From assembly GCA_964016885.1 (NCBI GenBank), contig OZ024742.1:327980001-328044000 (forward strand): a DNA stretch of 64,000 bases. The letters run 5' to 3'. Below the pieces are notes generated by a model. The model ran no database searches, had not been told where the DNA came from, and worked only from the letters and a program-made list of their open reading frames with translations. Below are positions 13,787 through 27,600 of the stretch, piece after piece (within the stretch, counting starts at the first letter, position 1; the number at the start of each line of letters is the position of its first letter). Origin of the DNA: Eledone cirrhosa. Its lineage: Eukaryota. The position numbers and the translations under genes were made by a program.

Positions 13787-14295
13787 AGAGATACCACACA
13801 CACACAAATACACATTTAGATTGTTCACCTTCTCACATGGACCTCATTATTCTCATGTCTATATGTTCGACAAATAGAATTATATAAGATTATATGATAT
13901 TAAAGAATGCTACAAGAGCATATAATACCAAATATATAAATGTATATAAAGGTCATTCGAGGTCATTCCACGCTCAAATTAAGTGAAATCCAGAATGATT
14001 TACATTTTGAGCTTCTTATTCTGCACTGAATGACTCTATTGTCATAAAGGTCAAACGGAGACAGTAACAAAGGCCAAGAAATAACATGTAGCAACATGGA
14101 ACAGCTAATCAAAGACTCTATACAATGTCAATACACATACACACACATACACATGCATGCTCGGACATGCATGTATACATGTGCAAGCACACACATGCAC
14201 ATTCAGATTTGCGTATTTGTGTGTGCATCTATCTATCTATCTCTCTCTATATATCTATCTATCTACCTATCTACCTATCTATCTATCTATCTATG

Positions 14296-14373
<78 letters not shown>

Positions 14374-14543
14374 CTTCTCTCTCTCTCTATCCATCTATTT
14401 ATTTATATATTTATCTATGTATTTTATCTATCTATCTACCTATCTATGTCCCTAACTAGCTATCTATTCATCTATCGAACTACCTAACTATGTATCTCTT
14501 TCTCTCATTCCTTATATATATTTATATATATATTATATTATAT

Positions 14544-14730
<187 letters not shown>

Positions 14731-15112
14731 ACATACATCTATTCGCTCTTAAATGTGTATTTATGTGTATTATGTCACTGCGAGAGCATTGGCAACTGAC
14801 ATATCCTGGAATCTTATGTTGGAACTGAAATAATTACATCGTGAAAGGCACATGATAGACATTGAAAACACTCATATGGTCGTTAAATTCACTTTTGTTG
14901 TATTTACTGTTAGTATTGTATTAAATTGTCACTAAACGTCACCCTCGTACATCAACGATCTTGTCACTGATTCATTTTCTCTAATTCTCAGTTTCTGTCA
15001 ATTAATCGCCATACAATACAATGATGACGGAGCCACTAAAAAAGTATAAGGAGAAGAGTATGGAAAACATATCTGTATTTGAACAACGCTTGTACACACA
15101 CAAACACAGTCA

Positions 15113-15177
<65 letters not shown>

Positions 15178-15205
15178 GTTACCTCCGATTCAACCCGGAA
15201 TAACG

Positions 15206-15253
<48 letters not shown>

Positions 15254-15259
15254 ATAGTA

Positions 15260-15447
15260 ATAATTGTTTCTACTTTTGGCACAAGGCCATCAATTATCCA
15301 GTACATTACTGGTACTTTATTTTATCGACCCCGTAAGGATGAGATGCAAAGTTAACCTCGGCGGGATTTGAACTCAGACCGTAAAGGGACGTAACTATGC
15401 TGGAAAGCATAGCGTCCGACTCTCTACCGATACTGCCAATCCACCGC
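15260..15447 (-). mobile_element. tRNA-derived SINE copy
   Basis: Reverse complement of the 13247-13436 consensus. Confidence 0.85.
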
Positions 15448-15459
15448 TGTGTGTATAGT

Positions 15460-15890
15460 AATAATAATAATAAATGTGAAGACTAAAATCCAAAGAGGGC
15501 TCGATAAGGATAAATATATATCAAATATATAAGAAACCTTGGTCAAATATTTATTAAAATAACAGATTAAATTTAAGCAAAGAATCGCTGCTTTCACCCT
15601 TGATTCTTTGCTTAAACTTTAATCTGTTATTTTAATAAATATTTGCTCTAGGGTTCTTATATGTTTGATATATATTTATCCTTATGGAGCCCTCTTTTTG
15701 AGCACTCTATTGACTTATATTCAACACGCAGAAACAACACCTGATTATTTGTACAAAAAACTCGGTTGGAACGTTTTTCGAAATATTTACTTCTGCGTTC
15801 ACAGATTGATTTTTTTAGTTTCAGAAGATCCCGTTAAGGGCGAAAGCTGCGATTCTTTGCTTAAACTTTAATCTGTTATTTTAATATATA
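15460..15890. mobile_element. Small hammerhead-like element (family B), fold-back plus partial tandem
   Basis: Inversion at about 15598. Family copies at 19676-19970, 24145-24345, 38395-38490, 42150-42503 and 43145-43235. Motif at 15817-15867: AGTTT-CAGAAGA-TCCC gttaa GGGY-GAAAGC...GCTT-AAACT. Confidence 0.7.
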
Positions 15891-16182
15891 TTTGAAACTT
15901 ATTTCTTCATGCACTCTATCTTCACTATTTTTTTTCCGGGAATGTCAATAATTATTTATAAAACAAATCTGTATTCACTCCACTAATCTGTTAAGTGCTT
16001 TATATCAGTTATACATATTTTTAAGCTTGTTGAATCCCAACAAATTAAATATAACCTCTGCATATATATATATATATATATATATATTGAGTATGTGTTG
16101 GTTGTTTACCGACACTGCAGTATGCAGGATGGAGCACTCACGAAGTGCGCAGGTTGGTTTGTTCACTCCGGAGTAATGTAAA

Positions 16183-16367
16183 ATAATTGTGTCTACTTTT
16201 GGCACAAGGTCAGCAAATACACAGTACATTACTGGTACTTTATTTTACCGACCCCGTAAGGATGAAAGGCAAAGTTGACCTCGGCGGGATTTGAATTCAG
16301 AATGGAAAGGACCGTAACTCTATGCGTCAAAGCATGACGCCCGACCCTCTACCGATTGTGCCAATCC
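16183..16367 (-). mobile_element. tRNA-derived SINE copy
   Basis: Reverse complement of the SINE consensus. Confidence 0.85.
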
Positions 16368-16414
16368 AAGTGTAATTCAAACATGTTAAAGCTGGCTTCA
16401 TTTATTCAAATTCG

Positions 16415-16467
16415 CTGCTATACATATTTCAGTGACAGCCATTATTGGCGGTGACCTCATCAGGCAG
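16415..16467 (-). ncRNA. Type I hammerhead ribozyme
   Basis: CTGC-CTGATGA-ggtcaccgcca ataa tggctgtcact-GAAA TATG TATA-GCAG: helix I 4 bp, long helix II with two mismatches, AUA triplet. Confidence 0.65.
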
Positions 16468-16599
16468 TAAGAATTTAGGCAGAAAAAACAGGAAAACATG
16501 ATGTTGTAATGAGTTCTACTCTGTTAACTCATCGATATGTCTAGCTCCTAGGTGTGTTGTTAGTCCTCAAAGGAACTGGGCGTTTTCTATATAAATGTC

Positions 16600-16700
<101 letters not shown>

Positions 16701-16708
16701 TATTGTGC

Positions 16709-16750
<42 letters not shown>

Positions 16751-16752
<2 letters not shown>

Positions 16753-16970
16753 CAAAGGAAGTGTTGTAAGGAACCAGGTGAACCATAAGGCACCAGACTA
16801 CTCGATACTTAGAGTAGTAGAGGGAGTAATAGGAAAAGAGTCAGAACCCAGCGGATCTAGCTGTCGAAACGGCCGGAGCTCAGCCATCGGGGTCCTGACT
16901 CTTTTCCTATTATCCATTCTACTACCCTAAGTATCGAGTACCTGGTTTCTTACCACACTTTGTTTGTTAT
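16751..16970. mobile_element. Fold-back TA-inserted element (family D) carrying a hammerhead 3' half
   Basis: Palindromic arms. The same family occurs at 45946-46195, 47088-47266 and 58378-58563. The cleanest copy reads GAAACGGC ttgagctca GCCGTC-ggggtc (helix III + GUC). Confidence 0.65.
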
Positions 16971-16983
16971 ACACACAAACACA

Positions 16984-17021
<38 letters not shown>

Positions 17022-18367
17022 CACACACAGACACACTTATATATAATTTATGTATGTATGTATGTATGTATGTATGTATGTATGTATGTAGGTATATATA
17101 TCTATATATCTATATATCTATATATATACATATACATATACATCAGTAGAGTCTCCGGAACATGGGCTATTCGGATTGAGCCTGAATAATGCAACGATCA
17201 AATCTATCGATCTCAAACATCAAGAAACGTTTTAGAACAATACTTCCAATGCTTGTAATTCTTGCTCGGATTTAAACCTGTCTCGGGTTTGTCATCGCGA
17301 ATAGTAACAAATATATATCAGTGCAAATGTTACTTCATAAAACAAGGGTTTTATGTGTTTATGTGTTTACACCATGTAACAATTATATAACCATTTGTAA
17401 GCTAGTAGTAGGGTGTTTTAAAACAGCCGTTTGGAATCAGCGAATCTTATTTCATGCGTCAGTGATATTTATATTGCTGTTAACTACTTAGATGTATATT
17501 TTTATGTATTTCACATCAGTTAACTTAAATGCATATTGCATTTAATTTCATTTGTTTTGTATGTTTGTTTATTTTACATTCACTTCTTTCCTAATATCGT
17601 TAAGTCACAAACATCGCTTTCAGCTTTTACTGTTTCACATTCATATTTAAGGAACATAGTTTTGTTTCTACCAGTTCCTATCATATCAAATAAGTCTAGT
17701 TATAACTGACAATAATTTCGTTAGAAATATATTGACATAGCAATATTTTAATGTCCGTATCTTGTAATGTAGACAAACTATTCAAAATATCGAAATCAAT
17801 AGTTGAAAGTCATTTGCAGAAGTTGCCTTCCGTTTCAGTTCAAAGCAAAACAGGTTTTAAAACTGGTCGGATGAGTTACCAACAAACAAATACAAGGGTG
17901 GTTGGTTTATTTTAAAGAAAAACATTTGAGAAACTAAAATATTCGAGTCTATTAATCGCAGCGCCCCCACACGATGATTTCTCCAATTACCGTTAGATTA
18001 AATGGAAGTTAGAGACTCATTTTCTAATATTGAATATGATACTCCAAATTGTACGCTTAGGAAATTTTGTAAAACGATAGTCCTACGCTTCGCTAAGAGT
18101 TTTACATGCTCATGCAGGCACGAGCAAACACAGACACCATATTGGCCGTCCACCTTCTATCCAGTAGAATATAAAAAATGTGACAGCTCGAATGAGAGAA
18201 AACGACAGCAAGACTTGTCCGGTACATTCTTTATAGACCCTGAAAAGAGGAAAGAGAAAGTGGTACCCTGCGGGATTTGAGTTATGGACGCAGAAACCCA
18301 GCAAAATAGCTAACGCGCTAACAACTCTGCCATATCAACCGCTCTTTTACACACACACTTACGTCCC

Positions 18368-18601
<234 letters not shown>

Positions 18602-18651
18602 AGTATGTATGTATACGTACATACATATATGTATACAGACGTACAGTAGCA

Positions 18652-18735
<84 letters not shown>

Positions 18736-18848
18736 TGCTACTGTACGTCTGTATACATATATGTATGTACGTATACATACATACTTACATTTAAGTAAGT
18801 TCCATACTAAGAGTGAGAAATGAAATTTCGTTTTCATTTTTTTCAACT

Positions 18849-18880
<32 letters not shown>

Positions 18881-19189
18881 GAGAAGAAAGAATACTGCGT
18901 GGTTGCACATGTGTTTCATATGATAAAAATAGTCCTTCGTCAGTGATTTTCCAACCTTCATTGGTATTTCATCGCTTTAAAAATCATATACCTCCGGTTG
19001 GTGCGAGCAATAGCTAAATAAAGCTATTGGGACAAGTAAATCGCGTAAAGCGGGCGAGACAAGTAAACAAAATGGAAGGATTGATAGCAACGCAAAGATA
19101 GGAACAAAACAAGCAACATGGTTATTCGGTCAGCTTTAGCTGGGTGGATTTCATGAGCGAGCGTGATACAGACCATCCGACGTGAGTGA

Positions 19190-19235
<46 letters not shown>

Positions 19236-19419
19236 GCAACATAACATTATATATAGCATAAAAAAAAATATATATATATCAAGTAAGTATGTTTTGAAAC
19301 AGTGAGCAGGTTTGAAATTAGAAAATATAATAGCTTTCCGCGTATTTTTGACTAAAGGAATTTTAGCCTGATAATGGGGTTTAGAATCCTCAGATAAATG
19401 GAAAAAGATGGGTATTGAC

Positions 19420-19463
<44 letters not shown>

Positions 19464-19571
19464 ATGCTATATATAATGTTATATTGCAAACATGACCCTC
19501 CCAAAGCATAACAATATCGGTTTAAACATACGTTTTCAGATAAAGAATGTTGCTAAACAAATTCAGAAACG

Positions 19572-19674
<103 letters not shown>

Positions 19675-20193
19675 GTAATAATAATAAATTTGAAGACTAA
19701 AGTCTAAAGAGGGCTCGATAAGGATAAATATATATCAAATATATAAGAATATTTATTAAAATAACAGATTAAAGTCTAAGCAAAGAATCGCTGCTTTCAT
19801 CCTTAACGGGATCTTCTGAAACTAACAAAGTGAACGCAGAAGTAAATAGTTAAAAAAACGTTGCAACCGGAGGAAGACAGGAAGACGATACTTTGGTTCG
19901 TGGAAACGTTCCCTGGCAAAGAGCGGGAAAAAACGAATATAATACGTCATTAATAGAAGCTGTGAAAAACATATATATATATATATATATTAGAAAGTGA
20001 GCTTTTTTTACAAAATGAAAACAAAACCGAGGTGTTCTACACGAGTGAAAGTATAAGGAAAAAAGATGAAATCGAAAATGCAACTGGAGTCTTTTTAAAA
20101 AAATATATATATTTATTTGGTTCCTTTACCGGTTTCGCAGTTCTTCTGCTTTTCAAAAGTATATTTCTTCTCATTTCTTCTCCTCTGTACACA

Positions 20194-20225
<32 letters not shown>

Positions 20226-20226
20226 G

Positions 20227-20257
<31 letters not shown>

Positions 20258-21245
20258 TATATATATATATATACAGAGGAGAAGAAATAAGAGAGAGGAG
20301 GGAGAGAAGAATGAGCGAGTTGATAGATATATAGATATTGAGTTTTGAGGAGTGTCTTAAATGTGAAACGTCTAGCTCTCAAATATCTGGCATTGGTTCA
20401 CGACTGCAATAATACAGACACAGACACATACACCATCACATATATATATATATATGAGTGTGTGTGTGGGTGTGTATTTATACGAAGCTTTGGACGACAC
20501 GCAGTGGAATCGAAACTAGGATTTCATTATTTTGAATCAGACTTGTTAGCCACTTGGCCATGATTACACCCATTCTGATATATGTCGGTATGTAGATGAT
20601 ATATATACACAGACATGCGCATATATGCATAGCTGTTAGTGTAAACAAGAATTCGTGTCAGCTGCGTGAATACAAACTAACCACGTATATATGTGAGGTG
20701 CAAGCCGCTCTGATAACTATGGCATAATTAGAAATATACTGATCTAATATATAAAATTTAACTAGGGGGCCTTTCTTCTGCTCACGGTAGTAACATTTTC
20801 GTTTAATTATTTGGTCGGTCTTATCAGTGATAAAAGAAAACGAAAACAAAACAGTAGGCATTATTTTCTCGTGTTTGCTGTACTTAACGAAACAAGACTT
20901 TATATTATAAAAGTTGATACACGTCTTTCTACTTAAGTATAGTTCACTCTTTCAATAGATTCCTCCCGGGAAATCAAATGAATATATTATGAAATGAATG
21001 GAATATTTGAAGTGATATATTTTAATGAAAAGTCCCCAGGCCCTCACAACATGTCTATGATTGTGAATGTGTGCGTGCGTGTGTGTGTATGGTGGGTGTG
21101 TGTTAGTTTTGAATGGTAGAATGATTGTTGTAATGAAAATCGCATAATTATTATATTCGCACTGCGATTGTATGTCTCAAACTGTTATCGGCATATGGGT
21201 TGGAATTTTGTCTATAGTGTAGAAAGTGAGTTTGCTCTGGATACG

Positions 21246-21282
<37 letters not shown>

Positions 21283-21346
21283 ACACGTATATACACACAT
21301 ATAAATGTATACACGTATATACACACACACACACATATATATATAA

Positions 21347-21389
<43 letters not shown>

Positions 21390-21624
21390 TTAGAAACACA
21401 CAGATACATGCGGACACACACATATATACATGAATGCATCCGCACCCAACTGTGAGTTAAGGGTGCCAACTTCACCGATGTTGCTCAATGAATGACTGGG
21501 ACAGACCAATTCAGTTTGAACCAGACTGAACCAGTATCAGAGTTAAAAATACATTATGAAGAGAGAAGAAACATTTAGATATAATTAGTAATAAAATGTA
21601 TCATACTTAAACTGTTCCTAAATT

Positions 21625-21710
21625 CCTCGACTACGTAGTTTCGTGGCATAAACAAAAACAATATATCAAAGATATAGAGTCCTTGCGAGGTCTGCCGACT
21701 TATCAAGAGG
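21625..21710 (-). ncRNA. Degenerate hammerhead ribozyme with long helix II insertion
   Basis: CCTC-tTGATaA-GTCGGCA...TGCCAC-GAAAC TACGTA GTC-GAGG: palindromic helix III ACTACGTAGT, GUC triplet, two core substitutions. Confidence 0.55.
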
Positions 21711-21946
21711 ATACCTCATTTTACTAGTCTCAAGAACGCGTCTACACGACGTGAGAAAGAATCCCAAAAGGCGGAGGGGGAGATAGTCACGCGATATAAC
21801 GGTCGAGAAACAGAGCTAAGCCTCTTATAACCACGAAGAAAATACCACGGAGGCGGAGGGGGTATTCATATCGAGGCCGTAGAAGAGGTAGTGAAGAAGG
21901 CGAGAAGTATGAGTAATGGAAGCTTTCCAGTTGTCCCCACACTTCA

Positions 21947-22073
21947 TATATATATATGAAGACAAACATAGAATATTCGAAAATATTCTGTATGTTTATA
22001 ACAAACATTTTGAAGACCCAATCGCTATATAATAGAATACGTCACGTATTACAATTTGAGATTCTCGATAAAA
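21947..22073 (-). repeat. Inverted partial copy of the 312-bp unit abutting the array
   Basis: Reverse complement of about 22099-22223; joins the array through the perfect palindrome AACCTACGCGTAGGTT (22072-22087). Confidence 0.9.
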
Positions 22074-24122
22074 CCTACGCGTAGGTTACTTCCCTTGCTT
22101 TTATCGAGAATCTCAAATTGTAATACGTGACGTATTCTATTCTATAGCGATTGGGTCTTCAAAATGTTTGTTATAAACATACAGAATATTTTCGAATATT
22201 CTATGTTTGTCTTCACATATATATCGCTATTTCAGAGCATTAAATCCAAATTCTAATTTCTGCCGGACCGGCTACCACTCTTTCAAACCAGTTCCTGTAC
22301 ACAGCTAAGTATTCTATAAGTCTCTAGCTGTGTCGTTCTCGATAAAAGCATTGGATATGTAATCCTGATGATTTCTAATAAGAATGAAACGCGTAGGTTA
22401 CTTCCCTTGCTTTTATCGAGAATCTCAAATTGTAATACGTGACGTATTCTATTCTATAGCGATTGGGTCTTCAAAATGTTTGTTATAAACATACAGAATA
22501 TTTTCGAATATTCTATGTTTGTCTTCACATATATATCGCTATTTCAGAGCATTAAATCCAAATTCTAATTTCTGCCGGACCGGCTACCGCTCTTTCAAAC
22601 CAGTTCCTGTACACAGCTAAGTATTCTATAAGTCTCTAGCTGTGTCGTTCTCGATAAAAGCATTGGATATGTAATCCTGATGATTTCTAATAAGAATGAA
22701 ACGCGTAGGTTACTTCCCTTGCTTTTATCGAGAATCTCAAATTGTAATACGTGACGTATTCTATTCTATAGCGATTGGGTCTTCAAAATGTTTGTTATAA
22801 ACATACAGAATATTTTCGAATATTCTATGTTTGTCTTCACATATATATCGCTATTTCAGAGCATTAAATCCAAATTCTAATTTCTGCCGGACCGGCTACC
22901 GCTCTTTCAAACCAGTTCCTGTACACAGCTAAGTATTCTCTAAGTCTCTAGCTGTGTCGTTCTCGATAAAAGCATTGGATATGTAATCCTGATGATTTCT
23001 AATAAGAATGAAACGCGTAGGTTACTTCCCTTGCTTTTATCGAGAATCTCAAATTGTAATACGTGACGTATTCTATTCTATAGCGATTGGGTCTTCAAAA
23101 TGTTTGTTATAAACATACAGAATATTTTCGAATATTCTATGTTTGTCTTCACATATATATCGCTATTTCAGAGCATTAAATCCAAATTCTAATTTCTGCC
23201 GGACCGGCTACCGCTCTTTCAAACCAGTTCCTGTACACAGCTAAGTATTCTATAAGTCTCTAGCTGTGTCGTTCTCGATAAAAGCATTGGATATGTAATC
23301 CTGATGATTTCTAATAAGAATGAAACGCGTAGGTTACTTCCCTTGCTTTTATCGAGAATCTCAAATTGTAATACGTGACGTATTCTATTCTATAGCGATT
23401 GGGTCTTCAAAATGTTTGTTATAAACATACAGAATATTTTCGAATATTCTATGTTTGTCTTCACATATATATCGCTATTTCAGAGCATTAAATCCAAATT
23501 CTAATTTCTGCCGGACCGGCTACCGCTCTTTCAAACCAGTTCCTGTACACAGCTAAGTATTCTCTAAGTCTCTAGCTGTGTCGTTCTCGACAAAAGCATT
23601 GGATATGTAATCCTGATGATTTCTAATAAGAATGAAACGCGTAGGTTACTTCCCTTGCTTTTATCGAGAATCTCAAATTGTAATACGTGACGTATTCTAT
23701 TCTATAGCGATTGGGTCTTCAAAATGTTTGTTATAAACATACAGAATATTTTCGAATATTCTATGTTTGTCTTCACATATATATCGCTATTTCAGAGCAT
23801 TAAATCCAAATTCTAATTTCTGCCGGACCGGCTACCGCTCTTTCAAACCAGTTCCTGTACACAGCTAAGTATTCTATAAGTCTCTGGCTGTGTCGTTCTC
23901 GATAAAAGCATTGGATATGTAATCCTGATGATTTCTAATAAGAATGAAACGCGTAGGTTACTTCCCTTGCTTTTATCTAGAATCTCAAATTGTAATACGT
24001 GACGTATTCTATTCTATAGCGATTGGGTCTTCAAAATGTTTGTTATAAACATACAGAATATTTTCGAATATTCTATGTTTGTCTTCACATATATATCGCT
24101 ATTTCAGAGCATTAAATCCAAA
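22074..24122 (+). mobile_element. Tandem array of about 6.6 x 312-bp hammerhead-ribozyme units (non-LTR retrozyme-like)
   Basis: ACGCGT recurs at 22077, 22389, 22701, 23013, 23325, 23637 and 23949 (exact 312-bp period). Units differ by only a few SNPs, contain no ORF, and end in (TA)n. Confidence 0.92.
22359..22401 (+). ncRNA. Minimal type I hammerhead ribozyme (first of six, repeating every 312 bp to 23919-23961)
   Basis: GTAATC-CTGATGA-T TTCT aata AGAA T-GAAAC GC GTA-GGTTAC. Helix I is extended by TTCTCGATAAAAGCA/TGCTTTTATCGAGAA beyond an internal loop. Palindromic helix III ACGCGT; predicted cleavage after 22395. Confidence 0.88.
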
Positions 24123-24335
24123 TATATATATATATATATATATAGTAATAATAATATGTTTGAAGACTAAAATCCAAAGAGGGCTCAATAAGGATAAATA
24201 TATATCAAATATATAAGAACCCTAGAGCAAATATTTATTAAAATAACATATTAAAGTTTAAGCAAAGAATCATTGCTTTCACTCTCAACGTTGAGGGTGA
24301 AAGCAGCGATTATTTGCTTAAACTTTAATCTGTTA

Positions 24336-24374
<39 letters not shown>

Positions 24375-24649
24375 AGAGAGAAATAAGTAAATTATTCTTC
24401 CACAGTTCTACACAAAATCCGAATACAAAAAACCTATACTAGCAGAACACAAAATGAAAATTACCCAATGAAATCAAATTTAAATTAAAACCCATCCACT
24501 ATACAGGTAGAAAGAGCTTGAATTTCATCAAGCCATAATTGACGTCAATATACGGTTTCTATCGAGTTGTGTCTACGAAATATATGTGCCATACACACTG
24601 AAGTGAACTAAATACTTAATTATTATTATTATTATTATTATTGCTATTA

Positions 24650-27600
24650 CTCTTTGAGTCTCAGTCATTGATGTTAGTTAACTGGAAAGTTTGTTGAAAT
24701 GAATATCAAGCCACTACCTGCAGCCTCAGATATTCAGGACGATTCGGAGGGTTCTTGCTGTTCCCAGCAAGCATGCCTTTTGAAGCGTTCCAAAAAGCGT
24801 GAAGGGGCCAATTTTCTTTAACCATCCCTGGAAACTTTTTGAGATAGTCCATAGTGCGCCTATGACAATCGGGATCACTTTGACTTCATGGCAGTTCCAA
24901 ATCCTTTTTACCTCCCACTTTAAGTCCTGGTATCGGTAAATTTTCTCCCTCTCCTAACCTTGCACTCTCGTGTCGAATGGGCAGGCCACATCCACAATCA
25001 GGCACGATCTTTTTTCTTTGTCCAAAACCACCAGGTCAGGTCTATTGTGTTCCAGTTTCTTGTTCGTCTGTATCCTAAAATCCCACAGCACCTTCACCTG
25101 ATCGTTTTCTATCACCGCCTCTGGCTTATGCTCATACCACTTCTCAGAATGTGGTAAATTGTTTACTTTGCATAGGTACCAGTGGATCACGCTGCCCATC
25201 ACATCATGTCTCCAGCCCTTATAGTGAGTCTGGGCTAGGTGTTTACACTCGGATACAATGTGAGCCACAGTCTCCTCTCTCTCTCCACAGATCCTGCACA
25301 GTGGGCTAGCCTCCTCCTTGTAAATGTGGTATTTCAACCACTTCGTTTTGAGAGCCTGCTCCTGCGCAGCCATTAACATTCCTTCTGTAGCCTTTTTAAG
25401 GTCTCCTCTTTTCAACCAGTTCCATGTCTGTGGATCTCTAAATTCAGTTCTCTCAAAGAAGGTACTATGAAGGTATTTTTCCTGAAGGCTGCTCTTTCTC
25501 CTTGATGTTATTTCCTCCTTGGACATCCCCTGGCCTATTGTCCCCTCCTTCAGTACAGTTCTGAGCATTGGCTCCTTACTATCAGTCACGTATTTGTGTA
25601 GGTTGTTTTTCTCCATCTGAACACAGTCCTCTATGCTGATAAGACCTCTTCCACCCTCAGATCTCCTTAAGTAGACTCCATCGACATCACTCCACTTGCG
25701 GAACATGTTGTAGATAGTCTATAGCTTCCTAGTCTTCTTATCCATTTCTTTTTGTTCAGCAACATTCCATCTCAGAATTCCCGCACTGTACCTAATAATA
25801 GACACAGCTCGGGAATTCACTGCACTTATGGCATTCCTACTGTTCAGATGTGACTTTAATACGCTCCTTACTCTCCGAAGGTATTCAGTTCTTAACAATT
25901 CCTTCATTTTTTTGTTCTTGATGTCATCAGCCTCCAGAACGCGCAAATCCTTCCTCAGAGTCAATTTCCTTTATCATCTCACCTGTTGGTACCTGGATTC
26001 CGTTACTTCTGCTCAACTTACCCCTCCTCATCACAATGACTCCACACTTACTAATACCAAATTGCATACATATATCATTGCTGAAAATACGGACAGTGTC
26101 AACAAGCACATCCAACTCCTTCTCACTCTTCCCGAAGAGCTTAAGTTCGTCCATGAAGAGGTGGTGATTGATGGTAAGCCCTCCCTTTCCCAACCTGTAT
26201 CCTGCTCTCACTTTTCGCAGTACACTGGTCAGAGGCATAAGTGCAAGGACAAACAACAGAGGGGACAGACTATTTCCCTGGAAGATACCTCTCTTGATCT
26301 TCACGCTTCCCAAGGATTCTCCAGTTGATGTTAACTCTGTTTCCCAGGACTTCATACTTTTGCCCAACAACTGTCTGATGTTATCTGCCACCTTGAAGAT
26401 CTCCAGGCTTTTGGTGATCCAAGAATGAGGCACCATGTCAAATGCCTTTTTGTAGTCTATCCATCCCATGGCAAGACCAGTGTGTCTCCTCTTGCAATTC
26501 CTCATTACCATCTTATCAATAAGTAACTGGTCCTTTGTACCACGTGACTTCTTTCGGCATCCTTTCTGTTCGTCCGGTAACAAGTTGTTTGTGTGGAGGT
26601 GATGGTAGATTTCCTCAGAAATAATGGTTGTCAACAGTTTCCACATTACGGACAGACATGTGATAGGTCTATAGTTGGTAACATCATTACCCTTGATTCG
26701 GTCTTTCATTATCAGAACTGTGGTACCCTTTGTCAACCACTCTGGTACCTCACCTGACATCAAGCAGTCATTGAACATGGTTGTCAGTTTCGGGTGGAGG
26801 GATGTTATATTTTTAATCCAATACCCCTGCACAACATCTGGGCCTGGTGATTTCCAGTTGGTTAGTTTTTTGGCCTGCCCCTTAAGAGTTTCAACAGTGA
26901 TACTCAAATCAGTTTGTTGGTGTGCCTGTTCACTGATCTCCTTCTGTACTGTCTCAATCCACACTGCCTGGTCATTATGTTTAACCATCCTGCTCCCATA
27001 TTCCTCTCCAGAATGTTTTAGTTTGTTCCGCCGCAGGGATCAAGTCGTTGCCTCTTTCTTTCCCTTCAAGCTGTCCAAACAACATCTTCTGGTTGTTGTC
27101 GAACATGCGGTTCTGTCTATACTGACTGACTCTGTTCTCGTATCGCCTGATTTTTGCACTCTTTGCTACAATGCGTTGCTTCAGTTCCTCTATGATAATA
27201 TTTAGCTTTTTCCTCCTAGTTTTGTATTTTATTTCCAGTCTATTTTTAGTGTCTATGTTTTTTAGTGTCCCATTCAGTAGGGACTCAAGCTTTCCAATGT
27301 CATTTCTCATTTCCCTGATTTGACCACTCAGTCGTTTCTTCCACCAATGTTCTGCTCTTTCTTGTCTGTTGTTTCCTCTCGCTTTTATACCAAGTAGTTT
27401 CCTCACCGTATTTGCTGTTGGTTTGAGGATATTGTTGCACTGGTGAAGGCTCCTCGCCTCAAGATATGGGATGACTTTGTTTACCTTAGCTGTTGTTTCT
27501 TTTAATTTTTTCCTGTCTACAAATCTTAGGTTCATAGGTCTCCCGCTATCATTGTTCAATTCATCTACCACTAAGTCTAGGATATCAACCAAATCTTGTC

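Noticed and set aside
22074-24122. CRISPR array, rDNA/5S or snRNA tandem cluster interpretation
   Set aside because: Units are whole 312-bp near-identical repeats without unique spacers, show no resemblance to 5S/tRNA/snRNA that I can recognise, and lie in a eukaryotic context.
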